Assembly (NCBI GenBank): GCA_963667175.2
Contig: CAXXXF010000012.1
Coordinates: forward strand, 240,257-304,256
Direction: 5' to 3'
DNA: 64,000 nucleotides
Origin: Candidatus Latescibacterota bacterium
Lineage (GTDB): Bacteria; Latescibacterota; UBA2968; GCA-2709665
Positions within the stretch are counted from its first letter, which is position 1; the number at the start of each line of letters is the position of its first letter. The position numbers were made by a program, and so were the translations under genes. The notes beneath the pieces were generated by a model, which saw only the letters and a list, made by a program, of their open reading frames with translations, did no database searches and was not told where the DNA came from. This document shows, piece after piece, positions 28,846 to 39,061 of the stretch.

Positions 28846-31110
28846 TTACTCGATCGCGATGTTTTCACTCGCATGTACGAACAGGACGTCGTGCCCGCCG
28901 TCGTAGCGGCGAAGCGCGTCCGCCACCGAATCGGATCGGACCTCGTCTCTGGTCAGGCCGGCGATCACCAGGTCGGCCTCGGAAGAGCGGCGGGAGACCT
29001 CCTCCTCGACGGATTCATCTGTAGCGCATTCGACGGAGGTGACGTTCTGCATGGAAATGGGCAGCCGGCCCTCCGTCATCAGACTGGACAGCCTGCGCGT
29101 CTCGCGTTCCGCGTCTCCAGACTCATGACAGGCGAAGAGCCGGATCTCTGCCCGTCGCCAGTCGCGATGGCCCACGACGATGTACGCCAGAAGCAGCATC
29201 AGCGGCGCGTTTGCCAGATTCTCTTCCGTCACCCACAGGTGAATCGAAGACCGGTAACCGAACCGGTAGTTCGTGGACCGCAGGACCAGGACGTTGAACA
29301 TCGACTCGGCCGCGAGGCGCGCGCCCTCGGCGGTTTCCTCGATTTCATCGGGCTGGGCTTTGTCGAACTCAAGCAGCACGCAGTTATTCGGCAGACCGGA
29401 AATGCCGGGCATCTGGAGCGTCTGCGCCAGCGCCTGGCCGAACGACGGACAGATCAGGGAATCGACGAAAATGCCCGCCCCGCTGACGTCCGCGCGGTCG
29501 ATGAGTTTGTCCACCTGAGTGCGGGCGTTCGCCTCGCCGTCGAGCGAGTATTCGCCTTGAAAGTACTGGATGAAATGCCCGAACCCGTGCCGGTGGCTGA
29601 TCCAGCGCAACAGATCGAAGTGTCCCAATCGCCGGTCGCCGAATCGGGTCACCGCGACAATCGAGGGGCGCCAGCCGCCGTCGTATTTCTCAACCTGGTT
29701 CTTCTGCAGCGTGATCTGCAGCCGGCGGGTCAACTGGAACATCGTTCCCTGGAAGATCGCCGTGAGGTCTCGTTCTCCCTTTCGGGAGTGCCGCAGCCCG
29801 AAGTATATCGCGGCCATGAGCACGATGGATATCAGGAAATATTGAAAACTCATCTGCATCATCATCAGCGCGCACATGACCGCGCCGATCAGCGACACGT
29901 ACCATCGCGAATGAAACGTGGGGCGGTACGAGGGATTCCCGGCGAAATATTCGAGGAAAGAAACCGCGCACAGAGCGCCGTACGTGACCATGAAGAACAT
30001 GCTGAGAATCTGCGCGATGAAGTCGATGTCTCCCAGAACGACGAATACCACGGCGACCGCGCTCGAAACGGTGGTTGCGTACACGGGCTCCTGCGCCCTG
30101 CCCATGCCTTTCGCAAGCAGGCGGTTCAATCGAGGGATGGGAAAGACTTTGTCCCGGGCGAGGGCCTGGAGGGTTCTCGGCGCCACGAGGATCGAACCGA
30201 GGGCCGATGAAATCGCGGCCGCCCCCAGGCCGATATGAATTGCCGGACCCCAGATCGCAATCTGCGCCATGATGAACTGGTCGCCGTCAAGGGCTTGCGG
30301 CGTCGCGCTCTGTGCGAGCTTGACCGCGACCACCGCGTACACGACCATGCCTACAAGGGTCGCGGCGATGATTCCCAGAGGGATACTCCGCTGGGGATTC
30401 TTCAGATCTCCGGAGAGTCCCAGCCCGGCGATCATCCCCGTAAAAGCCGGAAAGCAGGTCGCAAAGACCACGCCGAACGCGTCCGGCGTTTCTATGCTGG
30501 CGGTCAGATGAAGCGCGTCAGGGCGCATGGACTCGGGAGCCGTTCCGAAAAGGAACGACAGGATGGACACGCCGAGAATCACGCTGACGACCCACAGGGC
30601 GCTGACGCCCACGCCGGCGCCTTTGACGAGCATCAGGACGATCAGCAACAGGGCACAGGACAGGCTCACCCAGCGCGGATCGGCCTCCACCTGGTATTCA
30701 TCGTAGACCCACGCATAGACCGGCTCGAACGCCTCCGCGAACGCGACCAGATAGAACGCCACCGATATCGCCTGGGAGAGATAGAGCGCGATTCCGATCG
30801 TACCGCCGATGCTCGTGCCGAACGACCGGCTGATAATGTAGTAGGCGCCGCCCCCCGCGACGCGGCGGTTTGTGGCGATCTCGGACACCGCCAGGACCGT
30901 GGGGATGGTCACCAGGTGCCCGAGTACGATGATCATCAGGCTGCCCCAGAGTCCGGTGTGCGCGACCGCGTATCCGAATCGAAGGAACAGGATGGCGCCG
31001 AGGATCGTGCTGATGGACGCGAGAAAGACCGGCGCCGTGCCGAATCCATGGCCCGCCGGGGAAGCCGTCGACCCTCCAGCCGGCGCCGCTTCCGCGGATT
31101 TAGGCGTCAT
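28846..31110 (-). CDS. Cation-chloride cotransporter (SLC12/APC)-family permease
   Basis: TILGAILFLR, ATN..V.GGG.YY.ISRS.G, FPAFTG..AG...SGDLKNP..SIP.G, WRP, cytoplasmic C-terminal domain. Confidence 0.88.
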   Translation of the reverse strand: MTPKSAEAAPAGGSTASPAGHGFGTAPVFLASISTILGAILFLRFGYAVAHTGLWGSLMIIVLGHLVTIPTVLAVSEIATNRRVAGGGAYYIISRSFGTSIGGTIGIALYLSQAISVAFYLVAFAEAFEPVYAWVYDEYQVEADPRWVSLSCALLLIVLMLVKGAGVGVSALWVVSVILGVSILSFLFGTAPESMRPDALHLTASIETPDAFGVVFATCFPAFTGMIAGLGLSGDLKNPQRSIPLGIIAATLVGMVVYAVVAVKLAQSATPQALDGDQFIMAQIAIWGPAIHIGLGAAAISSALGSILVAPRTLQALARDKVFPIPRLNRLLAKGMGRAQEPVYATTVSSAVAVVFVVLGDIDFIAQILSMFFMVTYGALCAVSFLEYFAGNPSYRPTFHSRWYVSLIGAVMCALMMMQMSFQYFLISIVLMAAIYFGLRHSRKGERDLTAIFQGTMFQLTRRLQITLQKNQVEKYDGGWRPSIVAVTRFGDRRLGHFDLLRWISHRHGFGHFIQYFQGEYSLDGEANARTQVDKLIDRADVSGAGIFVDSLICPSFGQALAQTLQMPGISGLPNNCVLLEFDKAQPDEIEETAEGARLAAESMFNVLVLRSTNYRFGYRSSIHLWVTEENLANAPLMLLLAYIVVGHRDWRRAEIRLFACHESGDAERETRRLSSLMTEGRLPISMQNVTSVECATDESVEEEVSRRSSEADLVIAGLTRDEVRSDSVADALRRYDGGHDVLFVHASENIAIE

Positions 31111-31424
31111 TACAGGTCCTTTCTCTCGTTAAATTGTGGAAACGATACCGGATGCATTGCGGTCGCGCCCGTGACGCGCACCGGCCGGTTCGCAGCCTTT
31201 CGTCGACGTTGCGGTATGGTACTGAAATCCAACGGTTATGGCAAGAAAAACGACTACAGACTCTCGATAACGGAGTCCCGTCCACATGGGGCGTTTCCCG
31301 GTCGTTATCCCGGTAGCGTGCCCGGCACGTGAGCGTTTATCCATCTGCCTGCGAAACCACAAAAAGGTTTGTTTCAGCGATGGCACATCGGGGCCGGGAG
31401 GCGACAGCGCCGTCGATCAATACG

Positions 31425-31462
31425 AAAAAGGGCCTGTGACGTATTCATCACAGGTCCCTTGC
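31425..31462 (-). terminator. Hairpin terminator downstream of tRNA-Val
   Basis: AAGGGCCTGTGA/TCACAGGTCCCTT inverted repeat, with a T-run on the minus strand. Confidence 0.65.
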
Positions 31463-31478
31463 TTTCTGTAAATTTCAA

Positions 31479-31555
31479 TGGTGGGCGATACTGGACTCGA
31501 ACCAGTGACCTCTTGCATGTCAAGCAAGCACTCTAACCACCTGAGCTAATCGCCC
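31479..31555 (-). tRNA. tRNA-Val(GAC)
   Basis: GGGCGATTAGCTCAGGTGGTTAGAGTGCTTGCTT-GAC-ATGCAAGAGGTCACTGGTTCGAGTCCAGTATCGCCCACCA: cloverleaf, 77 nt, encoded CCA. Confidence 0.97.
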
Positions 31556-31947
31556 GTCCATTTCGAACCGGTTACGTGGAGCGCCGGGAATCCGGTGACA
31601 GCCAGTTCGCAGTTCGTTAACGAGTTGCGACGCGAAATCTGGTCATCCGTTCGTACCGAGGCGCGAACCCCCCGGCCGATTCAGACAAAAAATCTATACG
31701 AAACAGTGGGCGAAGTCAAGCGGAATGTGGGACCGGAAGGCTGCCTCGGACGGCGCCTGATCCGATGGCAGTCAGCCGTCGCGCGACCCGTCTATTTTCT
31801 GGCGGCGACCCGGGTTTGGGGTCGTTTGCGCTTGACATCCACGGACGAAGGCCGAATATTGGCGGTTCCGGGTCGTCAGGGCAGGTAGCGCGGGTTTCGG
31901 TCCGGTCAACCCGGAGGCGTGCTTCCTGGCGCCAATTGATGCAATAG

Positions 31948-32126
31948 CAGTCCGTTGAAAGAGTCGCTCTGCAGGCGAGGCCGAGTCATTGTGGCCGAAG
32001 ACAAGACGCGCGACCGACGCGAATCCCTGGATTCGGGGAGGGAGCGCCTGCCTGCTGCAGGCAGGCAACGCCGTAGTTCGGCCATAAGGGCAGGACGCAG
32101 CCCGGATGGACTTTTTCAACGGGCTG
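31948..32126. mobile_element. MITE-like element (~180 bp) with IS5/IS1182-type ends
   Basis: 18-bp terminal inverted repeats CAGTCCGTTGAAAGAGTC / GACTTTTTCAACGGGCTG (2 mismatches); no transposase. Confidence 0.7.
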
Positions 32127-32145
32127 ATAGGGGTAGAGAATCACC

Positions 32146-33222
32146 ATGAAAACCTACAAAGCCGCACTGATCGGGTGCAGCCGAATGGGCGCCTTCATCG
32201 ACAATGAAGTGCCTGAATCCTGGGGCGCTTATTCGCATGCGGCGGGATACGAGGCGTGCGAAAGAACGGAAATGGTCGCCTGTTCGGACTTGCGCGGGGA
32301 AGCCATGAAACAGGCCGGACTCCGCTATGGCGTGCCGGAAGAGAGGCAGTACCTCGACTACCGGGAGATGATCGAACGCGAGCGCCCGGAAATCGTCAGC
32401 GTAGCCACCCAGCCCGAGCAGCGCGCCGGAATCGTCGTCGACACGGTCGAACGGGGGGTCCGCGCGGTCTATGGCGAAAAAGCCATGGCCGCATCTCTCG
32501 ACGAAGCCGACGCGATGGTGGAAGCGGTCGAGCGGAACGGCGCCGTCTTCAACATGGGCACAAACCGCCGCTGGGACCCTGGCTATGACGCGATGAAGGA
32601 GTTGATCGACGGCGGGCGGATCGGCCGCCTGCGCACGCTGATCATCCATCAGACCGGGCCCCTCTTCAACGGCGCCAGCCACAGCTTCGACCTGCTGATG
32701 CGGCTCAACGGCGACAACCCCGTTGCCTGGGTTCAGGCCCACCTGCCGAACGGAGACCAGGTGATCGACGGCGAACGCCTGACCGAGGACCCGGTGGGGC
32801 ACGGGTTCATGAAATTCGAAAACGGCGTCACCGCGTACGCGTTGAATTCAGGACGGGGGATGGAAGTGGAGGCGGTGGGCGACAGCGGCGTGGTCACGGG
32901 AACGCATAACGGCAAGGCGTGGGAATTGCGAGCACACGGCGCCGAAGACCATCGCGGCCGGCCCGTGCTGGTGCCGCAGGAATTTCCGGCCTTCAAACCG
33001 GCAAGTTCAACGGTCCGGCTGATCGAAGACCTCGTCCACTCGCTGGACACCGGAGAACCGCCGCGCGGCGGCGTGAGGACGGCACGCGCCAATACCGAAC
33101 TTATCTTCGCGTTTGTCGAATCTCACGTGCGGGGCGGAGCGAGGGTCGAGTTGCCGATACGCGGCAGCAGGTACCGTCTGCAGAGAAACAGGGCGCCGCG
33201 CGAGCCGAAATATCAGCGTTGA
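32146..33222 (+). CDS. Gfo/Idh/MocA oxidoreductase
   Basis: LIGCSRMG, DYREM....PEIVSVAT, EKAMA, NRRWDP. Confidence 0.88.
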   Translation: MKTYKAALIGCSRMGAFIDNEVPESWGAYSHAAGYEACERTEMVACSDLRGEAMKQAGLRYGVPEERQYLDYREMIERERPEIVSVATQPEQRAGIVVDTVERGVRAVYGEKAMAASLDEADAMVEAVERNGAVFNMGTNRRWDPGYDAMKELIDGGRIGRLRTLIIHQTGPLFNGASHSFDLLMRLNGDNPVAWVQAHLPNGDQVIDGERLTEDPVGHGFMKFENGVTAYALNSGRGMEVEAVGDSGVVTGTHNGKAWELRAHGAEDHRGRPVLVPQEFPAFKPASSTVRLIEDLVHSLDTGEPPRGGVRTARANTELIFAFVESHVRGGARVELPIRGSRYRLQRNRAPREPKYQR

Positions 33223-33268
33223 GGCCGCATTGTGCATTGACGGTTCACCAACACGGCGGGACCCCGGT

Positions 33269-33652
33269 CTAAAGAGACTCGGGCCGGTACAAAATCTGCA
33301 GCAGATTGCCTTCGGGATCCGCCAGAAAGTTGAACCGGGTCCCCGCGGAAGTCTCCCGGTACGGCCCCACAAACGCGGCGCCGCGGCTCTCCAGTACCCG
33401 GCACGCCGAATCGAAGTCATCCACCGAGAGCGCAATATGCCGGATGCCCGCATCGTCGGCGGCGCCGGGCGTGCGCGTCCGGTCGTTTGAAGGCAGGAAC
33501 TCCAGGATTCCGCCTCCCGGGAGGCGCACGAAATAGGTCCGGCTCTCTTCGTTCTCAAGGATCATCTCGAATTCAAGAATGTCGCAGTACCAACGGGCGA
33601 GCGCTTTGGAATCGGCCGCGACAATTGCGATATGCTCGATCGATCGGATCAT
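33269..33652 (-). CDS. VOC/glyoxalase family protein
   Basis: IEHIAI...WY..IL, GIRHIALSVDD, FLADPEGNLLQI. Confidence 0.88.
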   Translation of the reverse strand: MIRSIEHIAIVAADSKALARWYCDILEFEMILENEESRTYFVRLPGGGILEFLPSNDRTRTPGAADDAGIRHIALSVDDFDSACRVLESRGAAFVGPYRETSAGTRFNFLADPEGNLLQILYRPESL

Positions 33653-34555
33653 GCGTCCTCCGTTGGTGACAGGATGATTTCACGGCCCTCCTTCAGCGAC
33701 GCGTCTACCGCAGATGCCACCCGGACAACCGCCTGCCCGTCCCGGGGTGTAATCTGAGGTTTCCACAAGTTCCGTACCACGCCCGCGAAGTGCCGGATCA
33801 GCGAACGTGACATGCCCTCGGTCTGGCCGTGTACCTGCGGCGCGACGGAGGTGTCGGGATATTCCACGTCGTCGGCGCGATAGACCGCAAGACCGGTTTC
33901 GTACGGAAGGACCTCGACGGCCCCGTCCGTGCCGCGTACGGTGAAGAGCTGGTTCTGCGGCCGTCCGGCCCGCGTGGGCGAACCCCAGACATTTTCCAGA
34001 ACGGCAACGGCTCCGCAGTCAAAGGTCAGGACGACGACGATCAGATCCTGCCGGCGCCGCCCGCCGGACCGGGCGTACGCCATGACCCGGGCGACCCCGC
34101 TTCGCGACGTCCAGAGCGCGAGATCGATATCGTGCGGCAGCAGCCAATAGGCCAGCGGAAACCGGCCCAGCACCCGATCGACGGCGGCGGGTTGGGAGGA
34201 TCTCCGGCTGTAGAGATGAAGGACGTCGCCGATTTCGCCGCCCGCGACCGCTTCCCGCATGGCGGCGAACCGGGGATCGAAACGCAGACTGTGACAAACC
34301 ATCAGGCGCACGCCGTTCCGGTCCGCGTCCCGGACCATCCGGGCGGCATCGGAAGGGGACGTCGCCATCGGTTTTTCTACAAGCACGTGCTTTCCGGAAT
34401 TCAGGCAGACCGAGACGGGATCGGCGTGCGCCCATTCGGACGTGGCAACGATCACCGCTTCGATCTGCGGATGGTCGGAGAGCATGTCGCGGTAACGGGC
34501 GCCGGTGTAGAACGGAACGTCCAATTCCGTGGCAACGTTCCTGACGGCGGCCTCG
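33649..34555 (-). pseudogene. Gfo/Idh/MocA oxidoreductase missing its 5' Rossmann GxGxxG region (cut at the junction)
   Basis: GKHVLVEKPMA, RFDP, HDID present. Upstream in frame it reads EAAVRNVATELDVPFY, then unrelated sequence and a TAG, with no NAD-binding start. Confidence 0.75.
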
Positions 34556-34710
34556 CCCCCAACACTCTCCGAGTTTATCTTTATGAGTGGGAGGATGGTC
34601 CGAACGACTACGGGGAAATCATTGAGCCGCGTTACCTACCGAGTTTGGTAGTTCGCTCGGGCGCCGGCGGCAGCCCAATTGAAAGAGTCTCCCTGTCGAC
34701 CGGCTCATAG
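34556..34710 (+). other. Probable 3' fragment of an unknown gene (NTLRVYLYEWEDGPNDYGEIIEPRYLPSLVV...*)
   Basis: Protein-like open frame that starts at the junction and ends at TAG 34710. Confidence 0.4.
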
Positions 34711-34916
34711 AAGCGCGGGGCTTAGCGGCGCAGCATCGATAGCAGCACCTCTCGTGCAGGCGATTTCGCTCGAGTGCGACCATGGAGTGATCACGTTTAA
34801 TTTTGAGAAGCGGAATACGCTCCTCAAAGGTTGCCGCCAGAAGTTCGGATTAGCTAACCGAGCGTATAATGGTTAGGGCCCGGATCTGACCGGGCATTCT
34901 CATGGATGGTCAAAAT

Positions 34917-35882
34917 ATGTCGAGAGAACACGTAGGACATGGGGACGTTGCCCGGTTCGCTCAAGAGAGGGTGAACCTTCCTCGGGATAGAGCGAGTGAG
35001 TATCGTGCGCAGGCTCGCAGGCTCCGCGAAAGGCTCGACGCGTACGTGAGCGAACACCCTGACTTCACGCTCAAAAAGATCCTGCTGTCTGGCAGCATCG
35101 CTAAAGGCACCGCACTCCGCTCATTGAACGATATCGACTTGGCGTGCTACATCAACGGCGCCGATGCGCCCAACGAGGTGGCGCAATTGCTCGATTACCT
35201 GGCCGACCGTCTTCGCACGGCGTTCCCAAATTTCAAGCCGGACCAGGTGCAACCTCAGACCTACTGCGTGAAGGTATCGTTCCGTGGCTCCGGTCTCGAT
35301 GTGGACGTGGTTCCGGTCCTCTATGACGACGACCCGGACTGGTACGGGAAGTTGGTAAACCAGGAAGACGGCTCTTTCCTCTGGACCTGTATACCCCGAC
35401 ATCTAGAATTCATCGACAAGAGGAAGAAAGCCCAACAGACCGACTTCGCCCAAGTGGTGCGTCTCGTCAAATTCTGGGCGGGCGAGATCAAAAGGGAACG
35501 ACCGGATTTCCGGTTCAAATCATTCATGATCGAGATGATCCTCTCACGCCTTTGTGACGACAATTTGAGTTTCGCCGATTATCCGGAGGCACTTCAGCAC
35601 TTCTTCACATACGTGGCGCAGAGCGACTTGCGCGAGAAGATCGTGTTCACCGATTACTACCACGCCAGTTCAGTCGGCCGGTTCAGTGAACCGGTCCGGA
35701 TAATTGACCCCGTCAACGAGGACAACAACGTAGCCAAGTTGTACTCCAACAGCCAAGCGGACGCGATTGTCGACGCGGCCCTTGAGGCGGGAGACGCCAT
35801 TGACGCCGCCTTGTCTGCGCCCACGAAGAGCGAAACCGTGCGTTATTGGCGCAAGGTATTCGGATCATCATTCCAAGCCTGA
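34917..35882 (+). CDS. cdnC: CBASS CD-NTase, CdnC-like cyclic oligonucleotide synthase
   Basis: SGSIAKGTALRSLNDID (GS..DxD), LDVDVVP, FKSFMIE, DPVN..NNVA, WRKVFGSSF; colinear with E. coli MS115-1 CdnC as recalled. Confidence 0.93.
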   Translation: MSREHVGHGDVARFAQERVNLPRDRASEYRAQARRLRERLDAYVSEHPDFTLKKILLSGSIAKGTALRSLNDIDLACYINGADAPNEVAQLLDYLADRLRTAFPNFKPDQVQPQTYCVKVSFRGSGLDVDVVPVLYDDDPDWYGKLVNQEDGSFLWTCIPRHLEFIDKRKKAQQTDFAQVVRLVKFWAGEIKRERPDFRFKSFMIEMILSRLCDDNLSFADYPEALQHFFTYVAQSDLREKIVFTDYYHASSVGRFSEPVRIIDPVNEDNNVAKLYSNSQADAIVDAALEAGDAIDAALSAPTKSETVRYWRKVFGSSFQA

Positions 35883-35890
35883 GAGGAACA

Positions 35891-36406
35891 ATGACATACA
35901 GTCAAACTTTCACCGAAACGTCCACCTTCACCCGCACCCACGCACGGCACCTGGCGGCCAAGGTTGCAACTGATCTCAGGAGGATGCAGCGATTTTACGG
36001 CAGTCCGTCCGATAGCGACATCGCCGATTACGAAGTGGAGGTCATCGAACTTCTGAAAGACGGTTACCTTGGAAAAGTAACCTATGGATTCAGGCGAAAC
36101 GGCTATTGGATTGAGCCTACGCTACAGTACACCGCTAGAGATTTGGCGGGTGGCACTGCCGGCAACGACGACCCAGGCCGTGTGCGTCCCAGGGCAGACG
36201 TTAGTGGTGCATCATTCTGGAGTTACCTGACCTACAGTCACACTTGGGACTCACTGACCGAGTCGCAGCGGCAAGCCGTCAAAGAACGGCTACCAGTCAA
36301 ACGTACTGGTGCGGCAGAGCCGGGAGTGAATGGTTATTGGTCGGCGGACCGAATCTACTCGGCCGGAGGGCGCGCGTTGGACCGCGGCAGCGTGAGGAGC
36401 TTCTAG
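35891..36406 (+). CDS. cap7: Bacterial HORMA1 domain protein (Cap7)
   Basis: TFT.THARHLAAKVATDLRRMQRFYG.PSD, WIEPTL.Y, DDPG.VRP..DVSGASF.S.LTY, YSAGGR; GAGG RBS. Confidence 0.92.
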   Translation: MTYSQTFTETSTFTRTHARHLAAKVATDLRRMQRFYGSPSDSDIADYEVEVIELLKDGYLGKVTYGFRRNGYWIEPTLQYTARDLAGGTAGNDDPGRVRPRADVSGASFWSYLTYSHTWDSLTESQRQAVKERLPVKRTGAAEPGVNGYWSADRIYSAGGRALDRGSVRSF

Positions 36407-37362
36407 TGACCACGACACCCGATTTTGATGACCTGTTTGAAGCGCGGATCAACTATCCCGACCCAGATGCCCGAGAACGTCTGGCGTGTCTGGTTGGTTT
36501 GGATGCGTACAAGACCCGTCTCAGCAAGATTTTGGGGCTTTTGATAAACCCAACGGTGGTGGAAACTTGGCTGGAAAATCACCACCCGGGCGCTACCAGC
36601 GCGTTGAATTGGTTGCTCAGGAGGCCGCCACTGATAATACTCGCCGGCGATGTGGGTTGCGGAAAATCACAGCTCGCAGAAACCATTGGCGACACGGTAG
36701 CCAGAGAGCAGAACGTTGATCTCACGCTATTCCCACTGAGCCTTTCGACACGCGGTCAGGGCCGTGTCGGTGAGATGACTCAGTTGCTGGCGGCAGCATT
36801 CGAACATACTGTCAATGAAGCCAGAAAGTACGTTTCCGACGATGGGCCCCATCGGAGCGCTGTGATACTTCTGGTCGATGAAGCCGACGCTTTAGCGCAG
36901 TCCCGTGAGGCGTCTCAGATGCACCACGAAGATCGTGCAGGTGTGAACGCCTTCATCAGGGGTGTAGACCGCTTGGCCACCGCTGGGCTTCCGGCGGCCG
37001 TCATCATGTGCACGAACCGGCTCTCCGAACTTGATCCTGCTGTGCACCGTAGGGCAGCCGATATTCTGATCTTCACCCGTCCCGACGCTGACCATCGTTT
37101 CGAAGTGCTGAAGACCCCCCTTGAACAGCTGGGGTTCTCGAAATCGCAGGTCTGGTCAATAGTTGAAGCCACCGGCCCTGGTTCGAACGATTGCGGGTTT
37201 ACGTACTCGGATCTCACCCAAAGATTGCTGCCCACAATCGTTCTTGACGCTTATCCCGACAGGGCAGTGTGTCCTGATACGGCCTGTGAAATCGCCCAAA
37301 AGATGAGACCGACACCGTCATTCCAGGGTGAAGGGCTGATTACGTCGGACTCGACGGGGTAA
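36406..37362 (+). CDS. cap6: TRIP13/Pch2-like AAA+ ATPase (Cap6)
   Basis: GDVGCGKS Walker A, LLVDEADALAQSRE..QMHHEDRAGVNAFIRG, TNR..LDPAV.RRAA; TAGTG overlap with HORMA. Confidence 0.92.
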   Translation: MTTTPDFDDLFEARINYPDPDARERLACLVGLDAYKTRLSKILGLLINPTVVETWLENHHPGATSALNWLLRRPPLIILAGDVGCGKSQLAETIGDTVAREQNVDLTLFPLSLSTRGQGRVGEMTQLLAAAFEHTVNEARKYVSDDGPHRSAVILLVDEADALAQSREASQMHHEDRAGVNAFIRGVDRLATAGLPAAVIMCTNRLSELDPAVHRRAADILIFTRPDADHRFEVLKTPLEQLGFSKSQVWSIVEATGPGSNDCGFTYSDLTQRLLPTIVLDAYPDRAVCPDTACEIAQKMRPTPSFQGEGLITSDSTG

Positions 37363-37374
37363 ATCAACGCCGCC

Positions 37375-38848
37375 TTATCCCCAATCCACCGAAAGGATGA
37401 GGGTGTCGGCGTGCTGACGGGATAAGAAAGTGCTCCCGGCTTCGGGGATAATGGTTTTTGATACAGAAAACCGACCCGAAACGAGGAGCACCCGACGGAT
37501 GCTACCGCCTTAACCGCCCGACTGCATCCATATTGCCTTTGATTATCAGCTCCTCGTGGCCGATGCGGGGCTGATTTTGCTCGTCACCCTGGCCAATCAT
37601 CTGTGGTTGGGAAAGCTGGTGGACCGCTACGTTCACCTGGGAGATGCGCCAGGTCGGGCCAACGCGGGAGACAAGGCGCTGACGCTGGCGGCCTCGGCGC
37701 TGGCCGGCGGCGACTGCATTGACGACACCGACGTGTTGCGCGCTGGCGAGACCGAGCGGGTGCTCGGCTGCGTAGTCAAGGCGCCATCCACGCTGGGTAC
37801 GTTTCTGAGGAGTTTCCGGTGGGGTCATGTGCGCCAGTTGGATCGGGTGAGCCGTGAGGTGCTGGCCAGAGCTTGGGCTACTGGTGCGGAACCTGGAGAT
37901 GAGCCTCTGACCATATGGTGGCCGCCTGTCGTGACCAGAAGGTACGCTTCTCCATCACCGTCCGCCAGCACCCGCAACTGGGCAATCTCATCGACGCCAT
38001 ACCTGAAGTGGACTGGACGCCCATACCTTATTGGATGGAAGGCGGCGCCGACATGGCGGAAACCATCTATATTCCCTTCGCCAACAAGCGCGACGCGGTA
38101 CCGGTCCGGCTCATCGCCCGGCGGGTGAAACCCACGCCCGACACCCATCTGGCCCTGCTTGCCAAATACAGCTATCACGCCTTCATCACCGACCGTGAGG
38201 GCGACACCCTGTATCTGGAAGCTGACCATCGCCGTCACGCCGAGATCGAGAATGCCATCCGCGACCTCAAGTACGGCGTGGGGCTCAACCACCTGCCATC
38301 GGGACGTTTCCCCGCCAATGCCGCTTGGCTGGTGGTGCAGAGCCTGCCCCGTACTCGATACGGGGTGCTGTCCCACAACCTGGCACGCTGGACCACTCGC
38401 ATCGGACTGAGTGAGCCGATGACCACCACCAAGACCCTCCGATCGCGCTTCTTCTCCCTGGCGGGACGCATCACCCGCAAGGCCTGACGTCCACCCTGCA
38501 TCTGCCACAGGGCTGGCCTTGGCAAAACCAGCTCAGCAGCGCTCTGGCTCGATTGCGCGCCCTGCCGCTCCCTTCCTGATCGCCGTCCTCGGGGTTTCAC
38601 CTGTCTACGATGACACCATACGCCTGGCCGATCAGCACCCAGGCTGGACCCCTGATGGTCTCCGCCGGCGATCTGCGCTGAAAATCACTGCCAATGCCGC
38701 TGCTACAGGCCGTCAACATCCCCGTGGCGTGGCAGCCACACTCCGCATTCGTCCATTCCATCGCATCAGGTCCTCGCCAGCCCGTTTCCTGACACCTCAT
38801 CCATCGTCTGACCGCCGCCACCGTAACCATTCGGTGGATTCAGGATAA
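37375..38848 (+). mobile_element. IS1380-family element with internally deleted, frameshifted transposase
   Basis: 19-bp inverted repeats TTATCCCCAATCCACCGAA / TTCGGTGGATTCAGGATAA. Fragments GGDCIDD..VLR, APSTLGTFLRSF and HRRHAEIENAIRDLKYGVGLNHLPSGRF remain; the central part is lost after EPLTI (~37912). Confidence 0.88.
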
Positions 38849-39061
38849 TCTGTCTAAGCCACGATTTGGTGGTCCACAAGGCCGGCAAAAGGAATAAGCA
38901 GTTATGGTTTTCACTGGCTCTTGTCTCGGTACCGAACCGAATTGCGCCGTTGCGAAATCAGAGCAGCCAATCACCAATTCCGTGTTATTTGCCGCGGTCA
39001 GTGCTTGGTGGTATGTTGGCATCTGGAGACGGACGAAAATACAGAGGGAGACAAATAAATT

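Noticed and set aside
31479-31555. tRNA-Val as the integration site of the island
   Set aside because: Its 3' end (CGAGTCCAGTATCGCCCACCA) does not match the att fragment at 45795, it is on the opposite strand, and housekeeping-type genes flank it.
33829-34710. 293-aa ORF upstream of CBASS as a full-length effector
   Set aside because: Most of it is antisense to the Gfo/Idh/MocA gene; only the last ~50 codons past the junction could be real.
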